52,461 nt of DNA from positions 1-52,461 of the forward strand of contig JAQBGU010000065.1 of assembly GCA_032128375.1 (NCBI GenBank), in the 5' to 3' direction. Of the stretch, positions 38,204-49,006 are shown one piece after another. The notes under the pieces are model-generated. The model worked only from the letters and a program-made list of their open reading frames with translations. It was not told where the DNA came from and ran no database searches. Position 1 is the stretch's first letter, and every line of letters begins with the position of its first letter. Made by a program: the position numbers and the translations under genes. This DNA comes from Deltaproteobacteria bacterium (GTDB lineage: Bacteria; Myxococcota_A; UBA9160; SMWR01).

Positions 38204-40201
38204 ATGCCGCCGCAGCATGCTCGACGATCGCCGCGACTGGGTGCGCCGATTCTTGCTCGCTATTTCCTCGGGTCGTACGTTGCGGTAGCGATCGCGACCT
38301 GTCCCTTTCTTCTGAACTCGTGGCGCACCGGGGCCTTCGCGGGCTTCTACAGCGCGTCCGTCTTCGTGAGTTACAGCGCGTTCTACCTGCTTCCCGCAGT
38401 GTTGGTCACGGGATCCGCCTACCTGTTGTCCCGCGCTTTCCGTTCTTCGGGGAAGGCTCGTAAGTCACTGACTGTAGCCGCATACGGCTGCGCGTTAGTT
38501 CTCGTCACGCTCGTCGATTTTGCGCTCGTCGTCGACGCCATCGTGATGAGGGAGTTCGGCTTCCATTTGAACGGATTCGTCTTCAACCTGGTGACGACAC
38601 CGGGTGGCATCGAGTCCATCGGTCTCGGCGAGACCCTTGGCCGGACCTGTTCGCTCGTGATCTTCGGCCTGTTCTGCCTGCAGTGCGCGATTTTCTGGGC
38701 GGCCCAAAGGCCCGGAATCGAGCAGGGCCGGCTCGGCCCGAAGGCCTATGTCTACCTGGTACCCGCACTGCTCCTCGTGTCGGCGGGCGAGCACCTGACC
38801 TACATCCTGGGTGACGCTCGTTCCGACAGCGAGATCCTCGCGCAGGCAAATGCGTTTCCGTTGTATCGGGCGAGCACCGCGCGCAAGTTCTTGCGGAAAT
38901 GGGGTCTCGAGGTGGGGCGAGACGACGATCTGCAAAGAGTCGAAGGCGATGCCTCTCCGCTGGACTACCCGCGCCATGCAATCGAACTCGCTCCCACAAC
39001 GCAGCCCTTCAACGTCGTATGGCTAGTAGGTGAGTCCCTGCGTTCGGATGCCCTGACACCCGAGATCATGCCTGCAACCTACGGCCTCTCGAATAGGGCG
39101 TGGTCTTTTCAGCGACATTACAGTGGCGGGAACGGGACGCGCATGGGCGTGTTCAGCATGTTCTACGGACTCACCGGCCCGTACTGGTTTTCCTTCTTGG
39201 ACGAACGCCGCGGGCCCGTGCTGATCGACGTCCTGAAGGACGAGAACTATCAGATGCACGTCTCGACGAGTGCACGCTTCTCTTATCCCGAGTTTGATAG
39301 GACCGTATTTGCGCGGTTGGCCAATCAAGATCTGCACGACAGCGCGTACGACTACTACAGTGAGAGCTTGGATAAGGGCTGGAAAAACGATCGTAAGCAC
39401 ACCGGCGAAATCGTGGACTTCCTGAAGACCCGCGATCGCTCCCGTCCCTTTTTCGTCTACATGTTCTTCGAGTCGACTCACTACCGTTACTACTTTCCCG
39501 AGGAGGAGGCGGTCCGCGAGCCCTACTTGAAGGACATGAAGTATGCGGCACTCGGTGGTGGAGATCCACAGTTGCTGCATAACCGCTACCTCAACGCCGC
39601 TCACCATCTCGACACTCAGATCGCACGCATCCTCGCCGGCCTGGTCGAGGCGGGAAATCTCGAAGACACCATTGTCATCATCACCGGTGACCATGGGGAG
39701 GAGTTCATGGAGAAGGGCCGCCGCGGGCACAACTCCGAGTTCCACGATGAGCAGGTTCATGTGCCGCTGGTCCTCTGGGTGCCGGGTGACTCTCCGCATC
39801 GGGTCGACTCGCTGACGAGTCACGTCGACATCGCACCGACTCTCCTCCCGCTTCTAGGCGTCAAGAACCCCCCGCAAGACTACTCGCTGGGACACGACCT
39901 GCGTGGAGGGGAAGACCGGGACTATGTGGTCATCGCGGATTGGTCGCGGATCGCGATTCTCGACCGCGACTACAAGCTGACGATTCCGGTGGGGGGAAGC
40001 GGAATCCTGGAGAAAACCCAACTCACGACGCATGACGATGTCGCGATAGGCGATGTCGCCAGAGCCTTTGGAGTCGTGCGGCCCAAACTCGCCCAGGTCA
40101 TGTCGGGTCTCAATCGATTCAGGACAGGCTTCATCCCTCCAGGCGGCGCCGAGGCGTTGCGCGAGGTCGGCTGCTCGACGCCGCAGGACGGTAATCGCTG
40201 A
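38204..40201 (+). CDS. Membrane-anchored sulfatase-like hydrolase (YejM/DUF3413-like)
   Basis: 5 N-terminal TM; VGESLRSD, HYSGGNGTRMGVFSMFYG, ITGDHGEEF, TSHVDIAPTL. Confidence 0.88.
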   Translation: MPPQHARRSPRLGAPILARYFLGSYVAVAIATCPFLLNSWRTGAFAGFYSASVFVSYSAFYLLPAVLVTGSAYLLSRAFRSSGKARKSLTVAAYGCALVLVTLVDFALVVDAIVMREFGFHLNGFVFNLVTTPGGIESIGLGETLGRTCSLVIFGLFCLQCAIFWAAQRPGIEQGRLGPKAYVYLVPALLLVSAGEHLTYILGDARSDSEILAQANAFPLYRASTARKFLRKWGLEVGRDDDLQRVEGDASPLDYPRHAIELAPTTQPFNVVWLVGESLRSDALTPEIMPATYGLSNRAWSFQRHYSGGNGTRMGVFSMFYGLTGPYWFSFLDERRGPVLIDVLKDENYQMHVSTSARFSYPEFDRTVFARLANQDLHDSAYDYYSESLDKGWKNDRKHTGEIVDFLKTRDRSRPFFVYMFFESTHYRYYFPEEEAVREPYLKDMKYAALGGGDPQLLHNRYLNAAHHLDTQIARILAGLVEAGNLEDTIVIITGDHGEEFMEKGRRGHNSEFHDEQVHVPLVLWVPGDSPHRVDSLTSHVDIAPTLLPLLGVKNPPQDYSLGHDLRGGEDRDYVVIADWSRIAILDRDYKLTIPVGGSGILEKTQLTTHDDVAIGDVARAFGVVRPKLAQVMSGLNRFRTGFIPPGGAEALREVGCSTPQDGNR

Positions 40202-40342
40202 TCGAGCCGCCCCGTCGCGGGATGACGATTGCGTCATCTTTGTTCCTTGTCCCTCAGCAGAACTCCAACAGTCGAAGGGCGGATCACTACTCTTGTTGCA
40301 GGGTTGGTTCAGTCTCGGAGAACCCGAGTGGAGGCGGGCGGT

Positions 40343-41710
40343 TCACGCGCCTGTTGTCGGTATCCACCAGACGAAACGCGCTCCGCCCATTTCAGAAGCT
40401 TCGGCGCGCAGGTGTCCTCGGTGGAAGAGGGCAATGGACCGCGCTAACGCAAGGCCCAGGCCGTGACCTTCCTTTCGGTCGCCACGAATTCGCACGAATC
40501 GGTCGAAAACCGCATCGAGATATTGATGTGGGATTCCAGAGCCCGAATCTTCCACTGTGATGGTTGCGGCTTGGTCGCTCGAGCAGCAGCTCACCTCGAC
40601 CTCAGTCCCGGGGTCAGTATGTTGCAGGGCGTTCTCGAGGAGATTGACCAGGACACGATCGAACAGTTGCGGGACTCCGTGAACTGAGATCGGCGAAACG
40701 TTGACGCGAATAAGTGAACCTCGTTCGGAAAATGCAGGCTCATAGAGCGCGACTACTTTGCTGAGTCGATCCCCTACGTCGATCCGTTCGAATCCAATCG
40801 ATCCGCGGCCGTCCTCGACTTCCGCAATCAACATCAGGGCGTCAACCAGGCGTGTCAGGTCCTCCGTCGTTGCGAGGACAGACGTCAGTGCAATTCGGGC
40901 CTCGTCTGGCGTGCCATCTCTGCCAACATCCGCGACGGTGGCGATGCGATTGAGGGGCGTCCGAAACTCGTGCGCGACGTCGCTACTGAAGGCCCGGAGG
41001 CGTGAGAACGACGTCTCGATCTCGGCGAAGATGTCGTTCAGGATCTGAGAATGCCGATCGATCGGATCGGTGGTGCCCCGTGTCGCCAAGCGCTCCCTAA
41101 TGCGCTGAGAGCCGACTCGCTCGAGGGTCTTGGTGGCGTCTCGGAGTGGTCTGAAGGCCCAAAGCGTTGCGACAGCCGCGGAAAGAAGTGCGAGAGCGCT
41201 CGACGCCACAGCGACCAGAAGGAGGCCTTCCCCCACCTCGCTCGCCTCGGCGGCGAAGTGCTTCATCGATACGGCGACATCGAGCGTGCCCCCGCGGTCG
41301 AGGCTCCGGCCGCCGACCAGATATCCCTCTGGTCGAAGCAGCCGAAATGCAGTGAGGTTGCGGTCGTCTGCCCCTGAGAGGGCGGGACTCGTGGCCGCCG
41401 GATCGGGCCAGGTCCCCCAAGACTCCAGGTTTCCGTCGGGTGTCGCAACGCGCGCCGCGGTCCGCGCCCCCTCCAGGGAGAGCTCGATGTCCGCGAGTGC
41501 GACGCTGGGGTCCACGTTGGCCGTGATCTCGCGCGACACGGTGCGCAATGTGTGCCGGACCCACGCATCCCCTTGCTCGAGCGCTTCAATCTCAACGAAC
41601 GCGTAGAGAACGCCGCTCTCGATGGCGTTCCCGGTCAGGAGAACCGCTCCGATAAACAACGCCGCGCGGGCATCCGTGCGGTTCGTGAAATGACGGAGGC
41701 GATCAAGCAA
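40343..41710 (-). CDS. Sensor histidine kinase (HAMP-HisKA-HATPase)
   Basis: DVAHEFRTPL H-box, NLLENA, DSGSGI, GLGLAL; 2 TM. Confidence 0.92.
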   Translation of the reverse strand: MLDRLRHFTNRTDARAALFIGAVLLTGNAIESGVLYAFVEIEALEQGDAWVRHTLRTVSREITANVDPSVALADIELSLEGARTAARVATPDGNLESWGTWPDPAATSPALSGADDRNLTAFRLLRPEGYLVGGRSLDRGGTLDVAVSMKHFAAEASEVGEGLLLVAVASSALALLSAAVATLWAFRPLRDATKTLERVGSQRIRERLATRGTTDPIDRHSQILNDIFAEIETSFSRLRAFSSDVAHEFRTPLNRIATVADVGRDGTPDEARIALTSVLATTEDLTRLVDALMLIAEVEDGRGSIGFERIDVGDRLSKVVALYEPAFSERGSLIRVNVSPISVHGVPQLFDRVLVNLLENALQHTDPGTEVEVSCCSSDQAATITVEDSGSGIPHQYLDAVFDRFVRIRGDRKEGHGLGLALARSIALFHRGHLRAEASEMGGARFVWWIPTTGA

Positions 41711-42365
41711 GGGCGTAGCCTTTGCCGCGGATCGTTCGGACGAAGTCCCTCATGCCTTCCGCTTCGAGCTTCCTGCGCAGCCGATTGACGTGGACGTCGA
41801 CCACGTTGGTGGTCGGGTTGAAGTCGTAACCCCAGACCTCTCGCAGCAAGGTGCCACGCGTGACGACCTCGTTCCTCGACCGCACGAGCATTGTGAGCAG
41901 GCCGAATTCGATGGGTGTCAGGTCGAGACGCGATCCATTGGCCGTGGCGATCCGCCGCGATGTGTCGATTTCGAGACCGCCTATGGTGACTCGGGGCGGG
42001 TCGACTCGGGGACGTCGCTCGAGCGCCCGGATCCGCGCGGCAAGCTCGGCGAAGGCGAAGGGCTTGACCAGGTAGTCGTCGGCTCCCCGATCGAGGCCTT
42101 CGACCCGGGCCTCGATGGTGCCGCGGGCGGTAAGCATCAAGCCGAAGGCCTCTGGAAGTCGATCGCGCATGCGCGCCAGCACGTCATAGCCCGACCCGTC
42201 GGGCAGGCAGACATCGAGTACGGCTGCGTCGAAGCTCGCGGCATCGATGGCCCCATTCGCCGAGGCGATATCAAACGCCGCGACCACCTCGTGTCCCTCT
42301 CGTTCCAGCCCGGTACGCAGGGCCGAGGCTGTTTCAACGTCGTCTTCCAGAACAAGAATCTTCAT
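41703..42365 (-). CDS. OmpR-family response regulator (CusR/CzcR-like)
   Basis: LEDD, VLDVCLPD, MLTA, GADDYLVKPF, TNVVDVHVNRLRRKL, IRGKGY. Confidence 0.93.
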   Translation of the reverse strand: MKILVLEDDVETASALRTGLEREGHEVVAAFDIASANGAIDAASFDAAVLDVCLPDGSGYDVLARMRDRLPEAFGLMLTARGTIEARVEGLDRGADDYLVKPFAFAELAARIRALERRPRVDPPRVTIGGLEIDTSRRIATANGSRLDLTPIEFGLLTMLVRSRNEVVTRGTLLREVWGYDFNPTTNVVDVHVNRLRRKLEAEGMRDFVRTIRGKGYALA

Positions 42366-42644
42366 GAGGTCACACCCCGAGGGAGTGTAGCGGGTCGCCT
42401 GTGGCTGCGATCGTGCGCGTCGGGTCGTCTGCCTGCCGATGGTCACCACTGTGCTGATGACGATTCATTCATGTGGTGCGAAACGGATTGCGCAGAGTTC
42501 AGGAGATCACGATGGTATGCTTAGCCCCACGAAGCCGTGAAGCACATTGTCCGAGCGCTTTGCAGCTGATTCTCGTGCGGCTCTCGGGTCACCGAATCTA
42601 TCCGTCCGCCTCGCGCAAGGGTCCAACCAGAAGGATCAAAGGAT

Positions 42645-44072
42645 ATCCATTCGTCCAAGTGCTCTCGCGTTACCGCCGTCGCTGCAATCCTGGCTCTGTG
42701 TTGGGCGACGGGGTGCGCCCGCTACCAGCCCCAGCCGATCTCGGCCGAGCAAGCAGCCCATGCGCTCGCGGCCCGCAGCTTGGACGATCCGGGCCTGAGA
42801 AATTTCCTCGAAGCGAACCTCACAAGCCCGTTGGCCGAATGGCCGCTGTCCACCTGGGATCTCGAGAGCTTCACTCTCGCTGCGTACTACTTCCATCCCG
42901 ATCTCGATCTGGCCCGCGCACGCTGGGAAGTTGCGCGCGCGGGGCAGCGCACGGCCGGCCAGCTCCCCAACCCCACGGTCGCCGTCTCCCCCGCGCTGAA
43001 CCTCAGCCAAGCCATGCCGTCGCCCTGGCTCGTGACAGCGAGTATCGACGTGCCGATCGAGACCGCCGGGAAACGTCAACATCGTCAGGCGCGAGCAGCG
43101 GGTCTCTCGGAGATGGAGCGCCTCGGTATCGCTTCGGTTGCGTGGAAAATTCATGCCGGCGTGCGTGCGGCACTGGTGGATCTGCACGCGATGCGCGGTC
43201 GTCACTCTCTGCTGATTGACGAGGGAAAACTTCGCACGCAGATGCTCCGCATCGTCGATGCGCAGTTCGAAGCCGGCGTCGTCGCCGCCACCGAGGTCAC
43301 ACGGCTCCGCATTGCTGCGCAAAACGACCGCTTGGCATCGCGGCAGACGAAACGCGAGGTCGAACTCGCTCGCACCCGGCTCGCGACGATGATTGCCGTA
43401 CCGGCGCTGCCAGACAGTCTCGAAATTTCCACGGCGGGTCTCGATCGCGCGCCCGATGATCTGTCGCCCAGCCAGGCCCGTGGTCAGGCACTGCGCAATC
43501 GCTCCGACATCCTGGCAGCACTCGCCGAATACGCGGCCAGTGAGGCAGCGCTGCACCTCGAGATCGCCAAACAATATCCAGACGTTCACCTCAACCCCGG
43601 TTACGAATTCGACCAGGGCGATGACAAGTTCGCGTTGGGGCTCTCAGTCACGCTACCGATTCTGAACCAGAACCAGGGGCCGATCGCCGAGGCCGAGGCA
43701 CGCCGCAGTGAATCCGCTGCGCGTTTCGAAGCGTTGCAGGTGGGGGTGCTGGCGGAGATCGACATGGCCGTGGTCGGTTTGCGTGCCGCACGCGAACAGC
43801 TCGCCGATACAACGAAGCTGCGAGCCGACCTCGAACAACTCGGTCGTTCTTCGCAGGCGATTTTCGAAGCCGGTGGTATCTCGGAGCTGGAGCTGATTGG
43901 GCGCCGGCTGCAGCTCAGTGCGTCGAAGCAGGCGCAGTTCGAGGCAGAAATTCGTGTCGAACGCGCTTTGGGCGGTCTCGAGGTTGCCCTGCAAAGTCCT
44001 GTCGGTCTGCCCGACACGCTGTGGCAAATACCGAATGCGAGGTCTCCCAACGCGATGGAACCAAAACCATGA
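42645..44072 (+). CDS. TolC-family outer membrane efflux lipoprotein (canonical start codon missing)
   Basis: HPDL, LPNPTV, QYPDVHL, LPILNQNQGPI; in-frame lipoprotein signal (..ILALCWATGC) lies upstream of the first TTG at 42780. Confidence 0.82.
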   Translation: MHSSKCSRVTAVAAILALCWATGCARYQPQPISAEQAAHALAARSLDDPGLRNFLEANLTSPLAEWPLSTWDLESFTLAAYYFHPDLDLARARWEVARAGQRTAGQLPNPTVAVSPALNLSQAMPSPWLVTASIDVPIETAGKRQHRQARAAGLSEMERLGIASVAWKIHAGVRAALVDLHAMRGRHSLLIDEGKLRTQMLRIVDAQFEAGVVAATEVTRLRIAAQNDRLASRQTKREVELARTRLATMIAVPALPDSLEISTAGLDRAPDDLSPSQARGQALRNRSDILAALAEYAASEAALHLEIAKQYPDVHLNPGYEFDQGDDKFALGLSVTLPILNQNQGPIAEAEARRSESAARFEALQVGVLAEIDMAVVGLRAAREQLADTTKLRADLEQLGRSSQAIFEAGGISELELIGRRLQLSASKQAQFEAEIRVERALGGLEVALQSPVGLPDTLWQIPNARSPNAMEPKP

Positions 44073-45097
44073 CAAGAACGCTGACAGTTTTCACACTCAT
44101 CGTCGCGGCTGCCGCGCTCGTCTGGCTCGTGCGCTTCGAATCGAGCGCAGCAGACGGGCCGGGCGAGGTCGAGACCGAGGTCGCGGTGCAGGTCGGCGAG
44201 ATCCGGCGCGCCACGCTTCGCCGCTACGTGACCGCCTACGGCAGCGTGGAGCCCGAGCCGGCCGGCGCCGGCCGCTCCGGAGGCGGATCACGCCTCGCCG
44301 CGCCGGTGGCCGGAGTGGTCGCAGCCGTGCTGTGCTCCGAGGGCGACCGGGTCGCGAAGGGGGAAACGCTCTTTCGCCTCGACCGGCGCGTGTCCGACGT
44401 GGAGGTCGAATACGCGCGGCTGCAGCTGGAGCGCGAGCAGAAGCTGATGGCGATCGGCGGCACCTCGGAGCAGGTACTCAACGAGGCGGAGCGACGGCTG
44501 GCATCCGCGCGCGCCGAGCAATCGCGTCTGCAGATCGATGCGCCCTTCGCCGGAATCATCACACGCGTTTTCGCTCGGCCGGGTGAGGCGGTCGACCCGA
44601 GCTCGGTGCTGGCCGAATTGGCTGATCTCGACCGGCTGGTTGCGACCGGCGGTGTGCCGGTGCCGGAACTCGACGGGCTGCACCCTGGGTCGGCGGTGAA
44701 GCTCATCCCGGCTACCGGCGTACCCGTCGACGCCGAGCTCTCTTACGTGAGCCAAAGTCTAGACCCGAAGACGGGCCTCGCGCTGGTTCGTGCAGCCGTT
44801 CCACCCAACTCGGGTCTCCGAGTCGGACAGTTCCTCGAGCTGCGCATCGTCAGCGAAGTCCGTGCCGATCGCCTGACCGTCTCTGTCGAGAGCGTCTTCC
44901 GGAGCGAGGACGTTGGTGACGCGATCGCCGTGGTCGAAGGCGATCGCGCGCGTCGGGTTTCGGTCGTGCGCGGGCTGCGCGATGGTGACATCTTGGAGAT
45001 CGAGGGCGAGGGTCTCGAGCCGGGCATGCGTGTGGTGACCGTGGGCGCCTACGGGCTGCCAGCCCAGACGCGCATCCGGATCGGCGCAGGTGAGTGA
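44069..45097 (+). CDS. RND efflux periplasmic adaptor subunit
   Basis: N-terminal TM, APVAGVV..EGDRVAKGE, IDAPFAGII, GMRVVTVG; overlaps the TolC stop. Confidence 0.9.
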   Translation: MTRTLTVFTLIVAAAALVWLVRFESSAADGPGEVETEVAVQVGEIRRATLRRYVTAYGSVEPEPAGAGRSGGGSRLAAPVAGVVAAVLCSEGDRVAKGETLFRLDRRVSDVEVEYARLQLEREQKLMAIGGTSEQVLNEAERRLASARAEQSRLQIDAPFAGIITRVFARPGEAVDPSSVLAELADLDRLVATGGVPVPELDGLHPGSAVKLIPATGVPVDAELSYVSQSLDPKTGLALVRAAVPPNSGLRVGQFLELRIVSEVRADRLTVSVESVFRSEDVGDAIAVVEGDRARRVSVVRGLRDGDILEIEGEGLEPGMRVVTVGAYGLPAQTRIRIGAGE

Positions 45098-48000
45098 TCG
45101 CGCAGCGGGCCCCCCGCTGAAGCGCGCGTCGCTCATCGGCGAGTTCGCTGTGCGTCACCAGTTGGCGATCGCCTTCATCAGCGTTGCGCTGTGCATCGCC
45201 GGGATTTATTCGGCGTTCCGAATGCCGTCATCTGTCTTTCCCCAGACCGATTTTCCGCGCTGCGTCATCCTGGTCGACAACGGCACGATGCCCGCCGACG
45301 AGATGATGGCGACCATCACTCGACCCATCGAAGAGGCGATGAAGGACATACCCGGAGCGCGCACCGTTCGCTCGACGACGGGACGGGGGTCTGCCGAGAT
45401 CAGCGTGTTTTTCGATTGGGACGCGGACATGGTCCGCAGCGAGCTCTACGTGAACGCGCGACTCTCGCAGATCCGCTCGCAGATTCCCGGCTCGGCCCTC
45501 ACGACCGTATGGCGACTGACGTTCGCGGCGTTCCCCATTATCGGGGTGAGCCTGACGAGTCCGTCCCGCGACATCACGGCGCTGTGGGAGACAGCACGCT
45601 ACGAACTCAAGCCGCGCTTCCTGCGGATTCCGGGCGTGGCCCGCGTCGACCTCGTCGGCGGCCGCACCCCCGAGCACCACGTGATCATCGACCCACTCAA
45701 GTTGGCCGCAGCCGGTCTGAGCCTCGAGCAGGTCAGCACCGCGCTCGAGGAGAGTAATCTCATCGCTCCGGTTGGCATGCACGAGGAAGATCACACTCTC
45801 TATCTCGTCGTCGTCGACGGGCGGGCACACAGCCCAGAGGACATCGAGAATCTCAGTATCGCCGTAGAGGGCGGTCAGCTGGTTCGCCTCGGAGACCTCG
45901 CCCGTGTCGTGCGGGGTCGCGAGCCGGTCTTCAACGTGGTCACCGCAGAGGGCGTGCCCGCGGTCTTGCTGAACATCCGCAGCCAGCCCGATGGCAGCAC
46001 ACTCCAGATCGCCGCTGCGCTCGAGGAGGTGCTGGTCGAGGTCCGGAACGAGTTTCCGCCCGACCTGAAGCTCGCCTACTACTACGATCAGTCGCTGATG
46101 GTGCGCGCTTCGGTCGCCAGCGTGTGGGAGGCGATTGTCATCGGCCTCTCGCTTTCGGCAATCGTCCTGTTTCTGTTTCTCCGGCACTGGGGCTCGACGC
46201 TGACTGCAATCGTCGTCATCCCAGTGACGCTGCTCATCACGCTGATGGCCCTGAACGTGGCGGGCCTGGGCTTCGACCTGATGACGCTCGGCGGCGTCGC
46301 GGCCGCCATCGGTCTCGTCATCGACGATGCGATCGTGGTGGTCGAAGCGATCTACGCGGAGATCTCACGGGGCACAGCGAGGCTCATCGCCATCCATACC
46401 GCGATTGGCGAGATCTTTCGGCCGCTAGTCGGTTCGACCTTCACGCCCGTGGTGGTGTTCCTGCCCCTCGCGTTGCTCGACGGCATCACCGGCGTGTTCT
46501 TTCGAGCGCTTGCGCTGACGATGGTGGTCGCGTTGCTGACGTCGCTGTTATTGGCGCTCACGCTCACGCCCCTGTTGGCCTCCTGGTTCATTCGCGACCG
46601 CGACTCCCTCGGCTTCGGCCAGCGGCCGGCCGGCAGTCGGGAAGGCCCGGTGCTGGGCTGGGCGTTGCAGATTTATGAGAAATCGGTGCGCTCAGCCCTG
46701 TCTGCGCCCCGGGTCGCGCTGCTCGCGTGCGGGGTCATCCTGGCGCTCGGCGCTGGTATCTACCAACGACTGGAGAGCGAATTCCTTCCCCCCATGGACG
46801 AGGGGGGCTTCGTCATCGACTACGTCTCGCCCTGGGGCACGAGCCTGGCAGAGACCCACCGGCAGCTTCTGCTCGCCGAGGAGATCTTGCGCGAGCATCC
46901 CAGTGTCGAGAGCTTCAGCCGCCGTACCGGCGCGCGACTTGCCTTGTCGATCGCCGAGCCGAATACCGGCGATTTCCTGGTCAAGCTCCGGTCGGAGCGC
47001 AACCGGAGTACCGAGCAGGTGATCTCCGACCTACGTCACGCGTTCCACGTGGCGGTGCCCGGCATCGAATGGGAGTTTCCGGGAATCCTTGGAGACCTGA
47101 TCGGCGACCTCACCTGGTCACCCGATCCGATCGAGGTGAAGCTCTTTTCCACGGATACCGAGTTTCTCGAGCGCAAGGCTCCCGAGATCGAGGCGAAGCT
47201 CCAGAAGATCGCGGGTGTCGTCGACAGCTTTGACGGACTCGTGTACACGGGCCCCACGATCTCGCTTCATGTGCGTCATGCAGATGCCTGGCGCTTCGGC
47301 CTCAATGCCAAGAGCCTGGCGAGCGCGATGAATACCGCCATGCTCGGACGGGCGATGTCGAGCGTGCTCGAGGGCGATCGCGTGGTGAAGGTTCGCGTAC
47401 TGGTGGATGCGAATCGGCTCGACCGACTCGCGGTGCTGCGCGACTTGCCGCTGCGCGGCGCAGGCGGAGCCCTCGTGAAGCTATCGCAGGTTGCGGATGT
47501 CATCGAAGAGCCGGGCCAACTCGAGCTTCACCGCGAGGACCTTCGCCAACTGGTGGCCGTCACCGCCCGCCTCGAAAATCGCGATCTGGGCAGCGCCATG
47601 GCTGAGATCCGCGAGACGCTCGGCGCAGATGAATCACTTCCTCCGGGAACCATCGAGTTTGGCGGCCTCTACCAGCAGCAGCAGCAGTCGTTTCGCAATC
47701 TGATGCGCGTCATGTTGGCCGCAATCTTTCTCGTGTTCAGCGTCCTACTGCTCGAATTCCGGTCGTTCGCCGCGCCCGCGGCGATCGTATTCGGCGCCGT
47801 GCTCGCGTTGTTCGGAGCGGTCACCGCGTTGTGGGCCACCGGCACGTCGCTCAACGTTGTCTCGTTTCTGGGTGCGATCATTGGCGTCGGCATCGTCGCG
47901 AAAAACGGCATCCTGATGCTCGATGCGGTCACCCAGCTTCAGACCGAGGGTCTGAAGCTCGTCGACGCACTGGTCTGTTCCGGCCGCCGCCGCCTGCGCC

Positions 48001-48188
48001 CGGTGCTGATGACGTCGCTCACCACGCTGCTGGCGATGCTGCCGCTCGCCTACGGGATCGGCGCGGGCGCCGACATGCTCAAGCCGCTGGCCATTGCAAT
48101 CATGGGCTCGCTCAGCATTTCCGTCGTGCTCTCGCTCGTGGCGACGCCGGTCGCATACCAGCTGCTCTCTCGCCCTGCCTCGAACTGA
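45090..48188 (+). CDS. RND efflux permease (AcrB/CzcA family)
   Basis: 1032 aa; GLVIDDAIVVVE, KNGILM, RLRPVLMT, PLAIAIMG. Confidence 0.95.
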   Translation: MSDRAAGPPLKRASLIGEFAVRHQLAIAFISVALCIAGIYSAFRMPSSVFPQTDFPRCVILVDNGTMPADEMMATITRPIEEAMKDIPGARTVRSTTGRGSAEISVFFDWDADMVRSELYVNARLSQIRSQIPGSALTTVWRLTFAAFPIIGVSLTSPSRDITALWETARYELKPRFLRIPGVARVDLVGGRTPEHHVIIDPLKLAAAGLSLEQVSTALEESNLIAPVGMHEEDHTLYLVVVDGRAHSPEDIENLSIAVEGGQLVRLGDLARVVRGREPVFNVVTAEGVPAVLLNIRSQPDGSTLQIAAALEEVLVEVRNEFPPDLKLAYYYDQSLMVRASVASVWEAIVIGLSLSAIVLFLFLRHWGSTLTAIVVIPVTLLITLMALNVAGLGFDLMTLGGVAAAIGLVIDDAIVVVEAIYAEISRGTARLIAIHTAIGEIFRPLVGSTFTPVVVFLPLALLDGITGVFFRALALTMVVALLTSLLLALTLTPLLASWFIRDRDSLGFGQRPAGSREGPVLGWALQIYEKSVRSALSAPRVALLACGVILALGAGIYQRLESEFLPPMDEGGFVIDYVSPWGTSLAETHRQLLLAEEILREHPSVESFSRRTGARLALSIAEPNTGDFLVKLRSERNRSTEQVISDLRHAFHVAVPGIEWEFPGILGDLIGDLTWSPDPIEVKLFSTDTEFLERKAPEIEAKLQKIAGVVDSFDGLVYTGPTISLHVRHADAWRFGLNAKSLASAMNTAMLGRAMSSVLEGDRVVKVRVLVDANRLDRLAVLRDLPLRGAGGALVKLSQVADVIEEPGQLELHREDLRQLVAVTARLENRDLGSAMAEIRETLGADESLPPGTIEFGGLYQQQQQSFRNLMRVMLAAIFLVFSVLLLEFRSFAAPAAIVFGAVLALFGAVTALWATGTSLNVVSFLGAIIGVGIVAKNGILMLDAVTQLQTEGLKLVDALVCSGRRRLRPVLMTSLTTLLAMLPLAYGIGAGADMLKPLAIAIMGSLSISVVLSLVATPVAYQLLSRPASN

Positions 48189-48189
48189 A

Positions 48190-48350
48190 GCCCGGGCGCG
48201 AATCGCGGCTACAGCACTTTCCAAACCTCCGAAAGCGGTCACTACCAACACCGGAACGTCGGGCCGGGTCTGCACGATCCTCCGGCAGAGGGCGACAGCG
48301 ATTCCGGGCATCCGCAGGTTGGTGAGCACGCCGTCGAGGTTCGCTTTGGT
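48190..48350 (-). pseudogene. Fragment of an NtrC-type receiver domain
   Basis: DGVLTNLRMPG..LCRRIVQTRPDVPVLVVTAFGGLESAVAAIRA; no start codon or output domain. Confidence 0.65.
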
Positions 48351-48420
48351 TCGGTAAGTTCCGTCTGGATACCCAACATGGACACGCAAGAAGCGCGATA
48401 ACATCCCGGAGTTCCTACAC

Positions 48421-48512
<92 letters not shown>

Positions 48513-48568
48513 TTTTTCGCGCATCAACACCGCGCCCACTGCGACTCGGGCGTTCGCGCCGATTGGTG

Positions 48569-48594
48569 CCTCTCCGCCATTTTTTCGCGCATCA
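48569..48594 (+). repeat. Direct repeat of the tRNA-Ser(TGA) 3' end plus flank
   Basis: cctctccgccattttttcgcgcatca matches 48500-48526 apart from one T. Confidence 0.9.
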
Positions 48595-48753
48595 GCGCCG
48601 CCAGGGCAGACTGCCGCGTTCCCATTCATCGCAGTCGGCATCTTCGGTGGCGGGTCGCTGACTGGCTTTGACAGCGCTGGGCGCTTTTTGCCGCTACCAA
48701 AGCGCGCCCAGAGTCTCCCTGTTGCGGAAAAAGCTGGTTATCCTGCCTCGTCC

Positions 48754-48842
48754 GGAGAGGTGGCCGAGTTGGCTGAAGGCGCGCCCCTGCTAAGGGTGTA
48801 TGGGGAAACCCATCGAGGGTTCGAATCCCTCCCTCTCCGCCA
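48754..48842 (+). tRNA. tRNA-Ser(GCT)
   Basis: Anticodon loop ctGCTaa, long variable arm, T-arm, CCA end. Confidence 0.97.
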
Positions 48843-48918
48843 AGCTCGAGCCTTCGAAAACGGCCATTGGAGAAGGCCGCGGGAAGCGGGATAGTCGGCG
48901 TCCCGTCATCAGAATCAC

Positions 48919-49006
48919 GGAGAGATGGCCGAGCGGCTTAAGGCGCACGCTTGGAAAGCGTGTGTACTGAAAGGTACCGTGGGTTCGAATCCCACTCTCT
49001 CCGCCA
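48919..49006 (+). tRNA. tRNA-Ser(GGA)
   Basis: Anticodon loop ttGGAaa, long variable arm, T-arm, CCA end. Confidence 0.97.
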
